From positions 9,858,001-9,922,000 of the forward strand of contig NC_043026.1 in assembly GCF_006345805.1 (NCBI RefSeq): a DNA stretch of 64,000 bases, given 5' to 3'. The stretch's first letter is position 1, and the number at the start of each line of letters is the position of its first letter. A program made the translations under genes and the position numbers. The notes below the pieces were generated by a model that saw nothing but the letters and a program-made list of their open reading frames with translations, was not told the origin of the DNA and did no database searches. The DNA comes from Octopus sinensis. Its lineage: Eukaryota. Below, piece by piece: positions 12,602 through 25,563 of the stretch.

Positions 12602-12690
12602 ATGCAGTACGATCGTTTCATGCAACTCCATTTAATTGAACAATGCAATCATTACATCAATTTAAAATGCAGAGCAATCTTCAGCTGCAC
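12602..12690 (-). ncRNA. Type I hammerhead ribozyme (Penelope-type), intact core, long stem II
   Basis: Minus strand: gtgcag-CTGAAGA-[long hairpin]-GAAA-CGATCG-TA-ctgcat; stem I tgcag/ctgca, palindromic stem III, GUA cleavage triplet. Confidence 0.75.
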
Positions 12691-12878
12691 AAAGACATAG
12701 AATTCAATTAGATTAGAACAGATGGACATATTATACATAAAATCTCCAAGAAGTTAAGGAGATAGACAAAGAACATGCTATGCCCACTCTAGTTTCGAAG
12801 TTACTGGATTTTTCAAGATATGTATGTGTGTGTGTGTATGTATGTATGTATGTATGTATGTATGTATGTATGTATGTA

Positions 12879-12929
<51 letters not shown>

Positions 12930-13755
12930 ATGTATGTATGTGTATGTGTGTATGTATGTATGTGTATCTATGTATGTATGTGTATGTATGTGTTTGTATA
13001 TATATAAGCACAAGCCCATAGTATCCATATTCGACTTTGCCTTTCATCCTTTTGGGGTCGATAAATTAAGTACCAGTTACGCACTGGGGTCGATGTAATC
13101 GACTTAATCCGTTTGTCTGTCCTTGTTTGTCCCTTCTGTGTTTAGCCCCTTGTGGATAATAAAGAAACAGATATAGGTTATAAATACCCGTCTAAAATAC
13201 ATAAAAAAGCATATACACACCGTCAGCGAAGGAGACTATATACACACACGTATAGATATCTATTCAACGCTACACCGTTCCTGTCTTGTTCTCGGTAAAT
13301 TTTGCAAGGGAAAAGAGAAAGCAAGTCCGAGGTGAGAAGATAAAGAGGCAAGTGGTTAAATATAGAGAAAAAAAAAATACTGACGGAGAAGTGAGGCCAA
13401 GTAGAAAAACTAGAGAAAAAGATTAAATATCTTATCAGTACAAAACAACTAAAAACGATTACAGCCTCACTCACATTAGGACCTGCACATTTTCTTTGTT
13501 GGGGACGGAACAGCAGCAGATTTACGAAGGTTAGAGAAAATGTGTGTTAGAAATTATGTAGCAACACGCTTAGGCAAATAATCTATCTATTCTACATGTT
13601 TCCCCCTTTTTCATTTATTTTGTTTTTCCATCAAATCGAGGCCAGAAAACAGGCTTCAACTAAATCAAGGTCAAATTGTATGTCTCTCCAGATAAACTTA
13701 GCAGCTGTGTTTGTTCTCATATTTTATTTACTTCCTCACACACACACATACACAA

Positions 13756-13788
<33 letters not shown>

Positions 13789-13883
13789 CATGCGTGTGTG
13801 CGAAACTGTTTTGATTGCACACACAAACACACACATAGATACACAAACACACACACACACAAACACACATACATACACAAACA

Positions 13884-13926
<43 letters not shown>

Positions 13927-14112
13927 CACACACACACACGCGCGTGTGTGAAACTGTTTTGATTGGCTGTATGCAAATGAGTTCATTACTGGGGGTCCGG
14001 AACTCTCGTGAGAAAAAAAAAATACTTCGCGTACGGGACTCACGCACAAGAGCAATATATATAAAGGGAGGTAACTAGGCATCGCTGCCTCAAGCATTTC
14101 AGGAGAGGAGAT

Positions 14113-14287
14113 ACGCATGCGCATTGAACGTACTTCCTACTTGATGCTGGTTTGCAATTAAATGTCTATTTCATGAATTTCTCTTAATCAGCTGATAAGA
14201 CGTTTATAATAGTTATAAAAGTATTCCTCAACTACCAGACACACACCCATATAACAACACTATCCTTTACGAAACAGTTCCGTAAGT
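14113..14287 (+). promoter_or_regulatory. ZNF promoter cassette, copy 1a: NRF1-like motif + ACTTCC, non-coding exon, GTAAGT donor at 14282
   Basis: acgcatgcgcattgaacgtacttcc...ccGTAAGTatta recurs upstream of every ZNF gene. Confidence 0.6.
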
Positions 14288-14327
14288 ATTAATTAATGGA
14301 AATATTCAGTCTCTTAATTCTATAGAT

Positions 14328-14506
14328 CAGTGTTTTTCAAACGTTTTGCTGGAGCGGAACCCCAAAGAAACATTCCACTGGCTCGAGGAACCCCTGTGCA
14401 ATAATTTAATAGTTTTATGCACACATATATGCACAGGAGAAATATAAATTACTGCCGATTTTAGCAGTTTTGTAAGTTCTTGCGGAACCCTGGTTGAAAA
14501 CCACTG
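14328..14506. mobile_element. hAT-like MITE (copy at 16468-16646)
   Basis: TIR CAGTGtTTTTCAA / TTGAAAAcCACTG; 8-bp TSD ctatagat/ctatagac. Confidence 0.8.
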
Positions 14507-14964
14507 CTATAGACGTTCGATTCCTGACGCGCCCATTCTTTGTCTTCCTTCTGTCTTTCATGAACGAGAGACATCCTTGATTTGTGCTAAATTTGGCGAT
14601 CTTTCGTCTCTAGTAGACCTTTCCGTCGATTTCCGTAAAAAAATTTTTTTTTTTACATATGGGCTTGCGGGAACTTTTGAAGTAATGAGAGCGAAAGAGA
14701 CTAAGAGAAAGCGATTGTATGACGAGGGAAGTTCTTTTGAAGTTATCGTGCATGGGACGCATTGATGTACATGCGTGTGTGTGTGTGTGTGTGTTTGATG
14801 GGGTGTGGGGGACAGACAGTATGTTGTGTAAGTGAAGTGCTTCTGTTAGTGTGTGTGAAGAGACAGAGAGAGTAATGTGTGAAAGAAAGAGATAACTGAA
14901 ATTTTTTACTCGGTGTATGTGTATATGTATGTATATTACTTCAAAACAAGGATATAGAGAGGTA

Positions 14965-15053
14965 ATGCAGTACGATCGTTTCATGCAACTCCATTTAATT
15001 GAACAATGCAATCATTACATCAATTTAAAATGCAGAGCAGTCTTCAGCTGCAC
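14965..15053 (-). ncRNA. Duplicate of the 12602-12690 hammerhead
   Basis: Same sequence in the second tandem-duplication copy, with one substitution next to the core. Confidence 0.75.
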
Positions 15054-16252
15054 AAAGACATAGAATTCAATTAGATTAGAACAGATGGACATATTATACA
15101 TAAAATCTCCAAGAAGTTAAGGAGATAGACAAAGAACATGCTATGCCAACTCCAGTTTCGAAGTTACTGGATTTTTCCAGAAGATATGTATGTATGTATG
15201 TATGTATGTGTGTGTGTATGTATGTGTATGTATGTATGTGTATGTATGTATGTATGTGTATGTATGTATGTATGTGTTTGTATATATATAAGCACAAGCC
15301 CATAGTATCCATATTCGACTTTGCCTTTCATCCTTTTGGGGTCGATAAATTAAGTACCAGTTACGCACTGGGGTCGATGTAATCGACTTAATCCGTTTGT
15401 CTGTCCTTGTTTGTCCCCTCTGTGTTTAGCCCCTTGTGGATAATAAAGAAACAGATATAGGTTATAAATACCCGTCTAAAATACATAAAAAAGCATATAC
15501 ACACCGTCAGCGAAGGAGACTATATACACACACGTATAGATATCTATTTAACGCTACACCGTTCCTGTCTTGTTCTCGGTAAATTTTGCAAGGGAAAAGA
15601 GAAAGCAAGTCCGAGGTGAGAAGATAAAGAGGCAAGTGGTTAAATATAGAGAAAAAAAAATACTGACGGAGAAGTGAGGCCAAGTAGAAAAACTAGAGAA
15701 AAAGATTAAATATCTTATCAGTACAAAACAACTAAAAACGATTACAGCCTCACTCACATTAGGACCTGCACATTTTCTTTGTTGGAGACGGAGCAGCAGC
15801 AGATTTACGAAGGTTAGAGAAAATGTGTGTTAGAAATTATGTAGCAACACGCTTAGGCAAATAATCTATATATTCTACATGTTTCCCCCTTTTTCATTTA
15901 TTTTGTTTTTCCATCAAATCGAGGCCAGAAAACAGGCTTCAACTAAATCAAGGTCAAATTGTATGTCTCTCCAGATAAACTTAGCAGCTGTGTTTGTTCT
16001 CATATTTTATTTACTTCGTCGGTAGTGGGACAGGTTTAATAACATTTTCACACACAAACACACACACACACACACACGCGCGTGTGTGAAACTGTTTTGA
16101 TTGGCTGTATGCAAATGAGTTCATTACTGGGGGTCCGGAACTCTCGTGAGAAAAAAAAAATACTTCGCGTACGGGACTCACGCACAAGAGCAATATATTT
16201 ATAAAGGGAGGTAACTAGGCATAGCTGCCTCAAGCATTTCAGGAGAGAAGAT

Positions 16253-16427
16253 ACGCATGCGCATTGAACGTACTTCCTACTTGATGCTGGTTTGCAATTA
16301 AATGTCTATTTCATGAATTTCTCTTAATCAGCTGATAAGACGTTTATAATAGTTATAAAAGTATTCCTCAACTACCAGACACACACCCATATAACAACAC
16401 TATCCTTTACGAAACAGTTCCGTAAGT
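16253..16427 (+). promoter_or_regulatory. ZNF promoter cassette, copy 1b (donor at 16422)
   Basis: Near-identical duplicate of 14113-14287. Confidence 0.65.
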
Positions 16428-16734
16428 ATTAATTAATGGAAATATTCAGTCTCTTAATTCTATAGATCAGTGCTTTTCAAACGTTTTGCTGGAGCGGAAC
16501 CCCAAGGAAACATTCCACTGGCTCGAGGAACCCCTGTGCAATAATTTAATAGTTTTATGCACACATATCTGCACAGGAGAAATATAAATTACTGCCGATT
16601 TTAGCAGTTTTGTAAGTTCTTGCGGAACCCTGGTTGAAAACCACTGCTATAGACGTTCGATTCCTGACGCGCCCATTCTTTGTCTTCCTTCTGTCTTTCA
16701 TGAACGAGAGACATCCTTGATTTGTGCTAAATTT

Positions 16735-17158
16735 GGCGATCTTTCGTCTCTAGTAGACCTTTCCGTCGATTTCCGTAAAAAATTTTTTTTTTTACATATG
16801 GGCTTGCGGGAACTTTTGAAGTAATGAGAGCGAAAGAGACTAAGAGAAAGCGATTGTATGACGAGGGAAGTTCTTTTGAAGTTATCGTGCATGTGAAGCA
16901 TTGATGTACATGTGTGTGTGTGTGTTTGATGGGGTGTGGGAGACAGACAGTATGTTGTGTAAGTGAAGTGCTTCTGTTAGTGTGTGTGAAGAGACAGAGA
17001 GAGTAATGTGTGAAAGAAAGAGATAACTGAAATTTTTTACTCGGTGTATGTGTATATGTATGTATATTACTTCAAAAGTTCCCGCAAGCCCATATGTAAA
17101 AAAATAAAAGTTTTTTACGGAAATCGACGGAAAGGTCTACTAGAGACGAAAGATCGCC
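16735..17158. mobile_element. Long-TIR (about 90 bp) Mutator-like MITE; truncated duplicate at 14595-14946
   Basis: GGCGATCTTTCGTCTC...GAGACGAAAGATCGCC, TSD ctaaattt. Confidence 0.82.
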
Positions 17159-17619
17159 CTAAATTTCGCTGTTTCTAATAAACAGTGAAAATATTCGTTG
17201 TTTTTAATTTCTGTAGACTTCTGGATTTTGGCGCGTCGCTTCTTTGTACGATTTCTATGTTTTAATAAACGAGGGGTGTCCTTGATTTGTGCGGGATTTA
17301 GCTGCTAGTTCTAGCTATGGATGAGAGATGTCCATGATTTTCTCAGGATTGGGTTGCTATTTGTAGCGATGGAAGAGAGATGCTATGTGTTGTGCGAGAT
17401 TTGGATGCTATTTCTAGCTATGGAAGGTACCAGGTTAGGTTTTTTTTTTTTTCCTCTTTCAGTTCGCAAAATATTCTCTAATGCACTCCAACTACCGAAA
17501 TGTTGAGGAACCGATGCTTTTTGGCATAAAAGACGGCAATATGACGTAATGGTCGTTTGCACGAACAAGCATAATTGTTGGTAATCCCATTCGTTAAAAT
17601 CACTGCCCATATACGAATT

Positions 17620-17820
17620 ACTCTTACTCTTTTACTTGTTTCAGTCATTTGACTGCGGCCATGCTGGAGCACCGCCTTTAATCGAGCAACTCGACCGCGG
17701 GACTTATTCTTTTGTAAGCCCAGTACTTATTCTATCGGTCTCTTATGCCGAACCGCTAAGTGACGGTGACATAAACACACCAGCATCGGTTGTCAAGCAA
17801 TACTAGGGGGACAAACACAG

Positions 17821-17867
<47 letters not shown>

Positions 17868-17983
17868 CATATATACGACAGGCTTCTTTCAGTTTCCATC
17901 TACCAAATCCACTCACAAGGCTTTGGTCGGCTTGGGGCTATAGCAGAAGACACCTGCCCAAGATGCCATGCAGTGGGACTGAA
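17620..17983 (-). mobile_element. SINE family A, 5'-truncated
   Basis: Family sequence. Confidence 0.78.
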
Positions 17984-19001
17984 TTCTAAACTTTCGTCAA
18001 AGAAATGTTTCGCAAAATACGGTTCTTAGAATTCGGATATGAGCAGTTATAAAAACCCTGTGCATTCTTTCGATATAGCTCGACAAAATCAAAATATTTC
18101 ACTTCGAATATTTCCGTGGGAGCAAATGACAGTTCGATTCTGTTTTCTGCTTGGAAATTTGCTTCTCTTACCTTAATTAGTCCTTTTGTTATTTTTACAG
18201 GTTAGCACTTCTTTACAGAGCTGCCAGCATCTCGCTCAGTTCTTAGGTCAAATGTTTAATTCTGCAGTTCATCTCAATAGAAATAAATCTGTATTTTTTA
18301 AGTAACCTCTACATCTTACACCAATTATTTTATCTTGTATATTGAATAATCTGATGTTATTTGGAACTAAAGTTGGGAAATTTGGGTAATTTTAGCCAAT
18401 CAACAGTGTGGCATTAGCAGCTAGTTACCATGACACCAGGATGCTGTGTTGTGGTTCACTTCACTCGTTTATTAGCCCTTCCACCCATGTCTTCATGGGT
18501 GTCCCATTTCCACGTGTTCCCTCTACTTTGAGGGATCAGCACTTCTTAGGGAGCTGTTGGCATCCAGCTTAATTGATCTCATTAGAAATGAATTTGTATT
18601 TTTTTACTAACCACAATATCTTACACTGTTGTTTCTCTATAATTTCAGAACATCAGATGACATTGACATAACAGAAGAAGCATCCTCAATATCTACCACG
18701 TTTTAAAGACTAAAAGAAGAATATTTTGCAAAGCAGATGTGTCGGATAGTTTCTAGAAATCTATGGTAGAATTCCTGTGAAACGTTTGCTCTGAAATATT
18801 ATTAGCCAAATTTGTGAACCTCCCAGGCTTGTGTTTTCAAGAAGAGGAGCCTGTGTGCTCATTGAAGTTGGATAAATTGATTGAAGTGTTGTTAAACAAA
18901 GGTAACACTGGACCGAAATACAACAGTTAAAGTACCTGTAAGGAACAAAGTACAAGAACCAAAGGAAGAAGGATATATGAACTTGGATTTGAGAGAAAAT
19001 A

Positions 19002-20756
19002 ATGGAAAAGAGTGAGAAAATTGTAGAATTGATTTTCTCTGAAGACATGATGAAAAAGATGACATCATATGACTGTGATGTATGTACAGAGTCCTTCTTT
19101 CAAGAAAGTAACCTACTTACACACAAACCTGTTCATACAGGTGACAAACCACATCACTGTGATATCTGTGGTAAATCATTCTCTCAAAGTAGTAGCCTTA
19201 CTAGGCACAAACGTACTCATACAGGAGAAAGACCATATCATTGTGATATTTGTGATAGATCCTTCTCTGACAGTAGTCACTTAACAAAACACAAACGTCT
19301 TCATACAGGAGAGAAACCATATCAGTGTGATGTCTGTGGTAAATCATTCTATCGTAGTAGTAGCCTTACTAGGCACAAACGTACTCATACAGGAGAGAAA
19401 CCATATCAGTGTGATATCTGCGGTAAATCGTTCTCTGACAGTGGTCAGTTATCACGTCACAAGCATACACACACAGGAGAAAGACCATATCACTGTGACA
19501 TCTGTGGTAAATCATTCTCTCATAGTTTTGTCTTAACTAAACATAAACGTACTCATACAGGGGAGAAACCATATCATTGTGAAATCTGTGGTAAATCATT
19601 CTCTGATAGTAGTAAATTAACTGCACACAGACGTATTCATACAGGAGAGAAATCATATCACTGTGACATCTGTGGTAAATCATTCTCTCGTAGTTATATC
19701 TTAACTAGGCATAAACGTATTCATACAGGGGAGAAACCATATATTTGTGATATCTGTGGTAAATCATTCGCTGAAAGTAGTCACTTATTGACACACAAAC
19801 ATGTTCATACAGGTGAGAAACCACATCACTGTGACATCTGTGGTAAATCATTCTCTCATGGTTCTGACTTAATAAAACACAAACGTATTCATACAGGAGA
19901 GAAACCCTATCAGTGTGATATCTGTGGTAAATCATTCTCTCAGAATTGTTTCTTAACTGTACATAAACGTTTTCATACAGGAGAGAAACCATATCAGTGT
20001 GATATCTGTGGTAAATCATTCTATCAGAATTGTGTCTTAACTAAACATAAACGTCTTCATACAGGAGAGAAACCATATCATTGTGATATCTGTTATAAAT
20101 CATTCATTGACAGTAGTCAGTTATCATGTCACAAACGTACTCATACAGGAGAGAAACCATTTGATTGTGATATCTGCGGTAAGTCATTCAGTAATAGTAG
20201 TAAATTATCAAGTCACAAACGTATTCATACGGGAGAGGAACCATATCATTGTGATATCTGTGGTAAATCATTCTCTCAAAGTAATTACTTATCAACACAC
20301 AAATATGTTCATACTGGGGAGAAACCACATCACTGTGATGTCTGTGGTAAATCATTCTCTCAAAGAAGTAACTTAACAACACACAAACATCGTCATACAG
20401 GAAAGAGACAATACCATTGTGATATCTGTGGTAAATCATTCGTTGAAAGTAGTCAGTTATCATCTCACAAACGTATTCATACAGGAGAGAAACCGTATCA
20501 TTGTGATATCTGTGGTAAATTATTCTCACATCGTTGTGGCTTAACAGCACATAAACGTATTCATACAGGAGAGAAGCCATATCATTGTGATATCTGTGGT
20601 AAATCATTCTCTTATAATTGTGCCTTAACTGCACATAAACGTACTCATACAGGAGAGAAACCATATCACTGTGATATCTGTGGTAAATCCTTCTCTCAAA
20701 GCGGTCACTTATCAAGACACAAATGTATTCATACAGGGGAGAGACCCTATCACTGA
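19002..20756 (+). CDS. C2H2 zinc-finger protein (ZNF unit 1), 20 tandem fingers
   Basis: 584-aa ORF of CxxC...HxxxH repeats with TGEKPY linkers after a 22-aa leader; acceptor tttcag at 18648 with TACTAAC branch point at 18605. Confidence 0.95.
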   Translation: MEKSEKIVELIFSEDMMKKMTSYDCDVCTESFFQESNLLTHKPVHTGDKPHHCDICGKSFSQSSSLTRHKRTHTGERPYHCDICDRSFSDSSHLTKHKRLHTGEKPYQCDVCGKSFYRSSSLTRHKRTHTGEKPYQCDICGKSFSDSGQLSRHKHTHTGERPYHCDICGKSFSHSFVLTKHKRTHTGEKPYHCEICGKSFSDSSKLTAHRRIHTGEKSYHCDICGKSFSRSYILTRHKRIHTGEKPYICDICGKSFAESSHLLTHKHVHTGEKPHHCDICGKSFSHGSDLIKHKRIHTGEKPYQCDICGKSFSQNCFLTVHKRFHTGEKPYQCDICGKSFYQNCVLTKHKRLHTGEKPYHCDICYKSFIDSSQLSCHKRTHTGEKPFDCDICGKSFSNSSKLSSHKRIHTGEEPYHCDICGKSFSQSNYLSTHKYVHTGEKPHHCDVCGKSFSQRSNLTTHKHRHTGKRQYHCDICGKSFVESSQLSSHKRIHTGEKPYHCDICGKLFSHRCGLTAHKRIHTGEKPYHCDICGKSFSYNCALTAHKRTHTGEKPYHCDICGKSFSQSGHLSRHKCIHTGERPYH

Positions 20757-21121
20757 TACCTGTAAAAAACCATTCTCTCAAAATTCGGACTTAACAAAAC
20801 ACAAATATATTCATGATAGGAAAAAAGGTATTCTAGTTTGCAAAAATTTAAGAGGGGGCTGTGTGTACAAATGGATAATTGCAGACTTGCATTCAATAAG
20901 AGAGACATGGAAGTGCTAACATGAAAGCCCACTAAATGTGGCACATGACTGGGAGAGCCTTCCCAATGTGAACAAAAGAGGGTCTAGGCCAGGGTTGGGC
21001 AATCTCTGGCACGCAAAATTCTCTCTAGTAACCTTCCATTTAATGACTTTCTCTCAATAGTATATTGTGACTTTTTATCGCTCAGATACATTTTTATGTC
21101 ACAAATTACGCCTACCTTTAT

Positions 21122-21350
21122 TTAACCCTTTAGCATTTAAACCGGCCATATCCGGCCAAAAGTATTCTGCCTGTTTTATGTTCAAACTGGCCAGATCTGG
21201 TCTCTCACACCAACCCTACAATATCGCTTTAAAAATTAACAGCTACCTCATCAAAATCTCATAGATACAAGATAATGCCTGATTAGTTCTAAACAGTGTG
21301 GATAAAAAAGGATTAACTTTGGCAGAATAATGTGAACACTAAAGGGTTAA
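21122..21350. mobile_element. piggyBac-like MITE, second family
   Basis: TTAA|CCCTTTAG...CTAAAGGG|TTAA. Confidence 0.75.
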
Positions 21351-21917
21351 TGATCTCCAACCAGTGTTTTGATGTTAGGTCCCGCAACTGGTATTCACTG
21401 ACAAGACAACTGCCTCACCTATTTATTCAAAATTCCTCTCAATGCTTGCTACAGCAGTGATATCATCATTATGCCATATTCTTGCTGCGCTGAATAGAGG
21501 AAAGTGGGTTAGCAAATGAATGACAAGCAAACGGTGAGGCCGTTTAAAGTGCCGCCCAGAGTGGGTTGCCTCTACTGTCGCTCCCCCGCTACACTAGTGC
21601 GCTTCAGTGGTGTATTTAAGGAGTGATCATCAGCATGGTTTTATTATATCTTGTGCCTTATGTGACTAAGTTTGATTGATATGAATCTTGTGTGGCAACA
21701 GGTTTAATTATGCTGCCTAAACACGTGTAAAACATGTTCCAGAGTACGTATATCAGGTCAGATTAGAAATGCTTGGAAGAAGAGATAAGTTTTCTAGATT
21801 TTTTTTTCTTTCTTTGTAATACAGATTTGATCTATGTATTAAACACAAGATGAAAAATATACTTACCTTTGTGCAGTTCTTCCCTGATTTCCTATCATGC
21901 TATTTGTTATGACTTAA

Positions 21918-22130
21918 CCCTTTCGTGACCAACCCGGCTGAAACCGGCTTTGGCTCTGTAGTACAAATGTCTTGTTTTCATAAGTTTTTAATTAAAATCT
22001 TCCACCAAACCTTAGTCACAATTCCTAACAGTAGCTGAATGATAACTAAGTTATTTTACTAAATTCTTTGTTGTATTTTAAGTAAATGAAAGAAACAGAG
22101 CATCTCAAAATAAATACAGTAATGAAAGGG
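21918..22130. mobile_element. piggyBac-like MITE, same family, inverted
   Basis: TTAA|CCCTTTC...GAAAGGG|TTAA. Confidence 0.82.
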
Positions 22131-22396
22131 TTAAAGTACAGTAAATATTACAGCTTGTATACAAAAGTATCACAAATTTTTTTGACAATTTCTAATAAAT
22201 GAGCCAGTACTGTATTGTAATTTTTGTTATGTAGATCATTTGATGTCCATCAATGTTCAAGTGACTAAATCATATTTATAGAGCCGTGGGTCGATGCTTC
22301 TGAATTCAGCCTGCATGCAAGTTTGGGTACAGTTAGTTGACTGTTGCAATGTCTTCATCATAGTTGTTATGTGTACATTGTGCATATCGAGTACAT

Positions 22397-23010
22397 ATCA
22401 TCATCATCATCATCGTTTAGCGCCTGCTTTCCATGCTAGCATGGGTTGGACGGTTCAACTGGGGTCTGGGAAGCCAGGAAGCTGCACCAGGCTCAGTCTG
22501 ATCTGGCAAAGTTTCTACAGCTGGATGCCCTTCCTAACGCTAACCACTCCGTGAGTGTAGTGGGTGCTTTTTGTGTGCCACCGGCATAGGTGCCAGACGA
22601 GGCTGGCAAACGGCCACGATCGGATGGTGCTTTTTACGTGCCACCGGCATGGGTGTCAGGCGAGGCTGGCAAACGGCCACGATCGGATGGTGCTTTTTAC
22701 GTGCCACCGGCATGGGTGCCAGGCGAGGCTGGCAAATGGCCACGATCGGATGGTGCTTTTTACGTGCCACCGGCATGGGTGCCAGGCGAGGCTGGCAAAT
22801 GGCCACGATCGGATGGTGCTTTTTATGTGCCAGGCGAGGCTGGCAACGGCCACGATCGGATGGTGCTTTTTACGTGCCACTGGCATGAGGCCAGTTGGAG
22901 CGGCACTGGCAACGGCCACGTTCAGATGGTTCTTTTACATACCACCGGCACTGGTATCACAGCTGCAATTTCCATTGATGTTGATCGATTTCGATTCTCA
23001 CTTGCCTCAA
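22397..23010 (-). mobile_element. RTE 3' UTR fragment with 61-bp tandem repeats
   Basis: (CAT)n tail then the family sequence; repeats cacgatcggatggtgc. Confidence 0.8.
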
Positions 23011-23304
23011 TCGACATCAATGTATTGCATACATACGAGATCATGCAGACACCAGATTGTTAGTTCATCGGACTTGAGCTGTTATACATGTCATTGCTCC
23101 TTCAAATGATATACTGTAAGCGTTAAATTATTTATGGCCATAAAATTTCATGATTTGTTGCATGCTTTGTCCTTTCTTTACTGATCTTTACACAGTGCCC
23201 ATCCTATTATTTTGTTAGGGTAGCAAACTTTTTTTCCTGCTCTTTATACATTGTGCAGACTGTCAGGACCACCAGCTAAGGAACGATGTCATTCAACTGA
23301 AGAG

Positions 23305-23523
23305 TTTACTCTCTTTTTTTTTTTTACTCTTTTACTTGTTTCAGTCATTTGACTGTGGCCATGCTGGAGCACCACCTTTAGTCGAGCAATTCAACCCCGG
23401 GACTTATTCTTTGTGTAAGCCCAGTACTTATTCTATCGGTCTCTGTTTGCCGAACCGCTAAGTGACGGGGGACGTAAACACACCAGCATCGGTTGTCAAG
23501 CAATGCTAGGGGAACAAACACAG

Positions 23524-23568
<45 letters not shown>

Positions 23569-23735
23569 TACGACAGGCTTCTTTCAGTTTCCGTCTACCA
23601 AATCCACTCACAAGGCATTGGTCGGCCCGGGGCTATAGCAGATGACACCTGCCCAAGATGCCACGCAGTGGGATTGAACCCGGAACCATGTGGTTTGTTA
23701 GCAAGCTACTTACCACACAGCCACTCCTGCGCCTA
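23305..23735 (-). mobile_element. SINE family A, full length
   Basis: Family sequence. Confidence 0.8.
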
Positions 23736-24080
23736 TGTTTGATATGATTAAGAAAGAGAAAGCATTATGATTTTCTTTTTCGAAACTGTCATTTGTAGAA
23801 CTTCTGTAAAGAGGCATTTTGAAAGGGGTCAGAAGAACTTAAGCAATAAAACTGGAGAGGAATAAGAGAATTAATTTCTCATGAACTCAGCAAAACCAAA
23901 AAAACAGGCTGATATTTTTATAAACTTTATCTTGGGCAAGCTCAGTTCCAACTTAGTTGCTGCTGGTTTTGAGGTTTCAAAAGTTATAGTGCAACATGGA
24001 AAGCCAGTGGGTGATGGAGATTATATTAAAGAAGCTTGGCTAGAGTGTGCACCTTTCCGTTTTGGCAATTTTTCAGCACA

Positions 24081-24309
24081 TTAATCCTTTCGTTACTGTA
24101 TTTATTTTGAGATGCTCAGTGTTTCTTTCAATTACTTTAAATATAACAAAGAATTTAGTAAAATAACTTAGTTATCATTAAGCTAGTGTTAGGAATATAA
24201 ATTGCGACTAAGGTTTGGTGGTATATTTTAATGCAAAACTTATAAAAGCAAGATATTTGTACTACAGAGCCAGAGGTGGTTTCAGCCAGGTTGGTATCGA
24301 AAGAGTTAA
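24081..24309. mobile_element. piggyBac-like MITE, same family
   Basis: TTAA flanks; internal sequence matches 7804-8024. Confidence 0.78.
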
Positions 24310-24450
24310 AAGCACTTCTACATTTGGGTAGATGGACATTAGAAGCAGTTGAGAGGGTGTGGATTGAAGGAAATTTAGGCTATTATTTCTAGCATATAGA
24401 GTGACCACATTGAGGTCTCCTCTCATGTCTTCTGCTGATTATTTTTCTTC

Positions 24451-24666
24451 TTAACCCTTTGTTACCATATTTCTGTTGAGATGTTTTGTGTTTCTTTCAA
24501 TTACTTTAAATATAACAGAATTTAACAAAATAACTTAGTTATCATTAAGCTAGTGTTAGGAATATAAATTGCAACTAAGGTTTGGTCGTATATTTTAATG
24601 CAAAACTTATAAAAACAAGACATTTGAAGTACAGAGCCAGAGCTGGGTTGGTAACGAAAGGGTTAA
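24451..24666. mobile_element. piggyBac-like MITE, same family
   Basis: TTAA|CCCTTT...AAAGGG|TTAA. Confidence 0.78.
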
Positions 24667-25134
24667 AGAATTGTCTGCGAGTAGGGAAGCAGTTAAGGAT
24701 AGAATGGTGAAGTTGGAGAAGAATACTTCTGAACAATTGATGCAAGATTTGTCTTCATGTAAGTTTTTGTCTATTTGTATTGATGAAAGTACAGACATTA
24801 CATCATCGGGTGGGTTAGCCATTTTTTTAATCGATTTTGTAAAGGTGATGAAACGTGTGAAGAGATGGTTGCCATTCTAACACTGCCTGAGCATAGCACC
24901 ACGGCTGAAATAGGTGTGATACGTATACTGTTGAATAGCAAAAGAGAGGCCTACCTCTTCATGGTTATAACGAGGTTGACATCACATCTAAGTTACCGAA
25001 CACACACACACACTCTCTCTCTCTCTCTCTCTCTCTCTGGTAGAAAGAAAAAAAAAAATTTAAATTACTACCCAAAACACTTTGTAAGATTCTTTTGACA
25101 TTACAAATATCAAATTATGTATTTTGTTGTTGTG

Positions 25135-25445
25135 AAGACAGAAAAGACGTGTGCTCACATTCCGATCTGGCTCTTTGTAAAAATATCTCCCAATGATATT
25201 GACAAGATTATCTCTGCCGAGATTCCAAACCCATCTACTAAACAAACATCTCTATGAAATAGCCAAGGCGACCGTGATCTACGGGCCATGTAGGCATGGG
25301 TTCAATTTAGGCTCCCCTTGCTTGAGCAACAATATCTGCAGCAAAAAGTTTCCAAAAATATTTCTGCAGGAAACACAAACTGGCGTTGATGGATGCCCTC
25401 TGCACAGACGGGGCCAGTCTGCAGATGGTGGCTTTACCATGAAAA
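25135..25445 (+). mobile_element. Helitron RepHel coding remnant
   Basis: QKR..AHIPIWL, DKIISAEIP, IYGPC...SPCLSNNICSKKFPK...ETQTGVDGCPLHRR resemble Helitron Rep-region motifs. Confidence 0.75.
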
Positions 25446-25563
25446 TTTTGTTAATTTCACAGGGGTTTTTTTTTATTGATTTATTATTTTTTTGTAACAT
25501 ATTTGCCTTTAGTTCGTTAATTTCCTGGATCATCTAAAAATTTACATTCTGACAGTTGACTAT

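Larger units (their letters stand above)
12582..17077. repeat. Tandem segmental duplication (about 12582-14946 and 14945-17077)
   Basis: Both copies start aacaaggatatagagagg and end gtatattacttcaaaa; near-identical except microsatellite lengths and a few substitutions. Confidence 0.92.
23740..24915 (+). mobile_element. hAT (Buster/SPIN/GTF2IRD2-like) transposase remnant interrupted by two piggyBac-like MITEs
   Basis: IVQHGKPVGDGDYIKEAWLE and LSASREAVKDR...FLSICIDESTDIT...LAIF motifs. Confidence 0.8.

Noticed and set aside
19069-20944. Alternative-frame and antisense ORFs over the ZNF genes (also in the other units)
   Set aside because: Shadows of the 84-bp finger repeat.
22540-23109. Repeat-containing protein ORFs (also near 7300, 8500 and 43400)
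   Set aside because: They are 60-61 bp tandem repeats in the RTE 3' UTR, open in several frames by chance.
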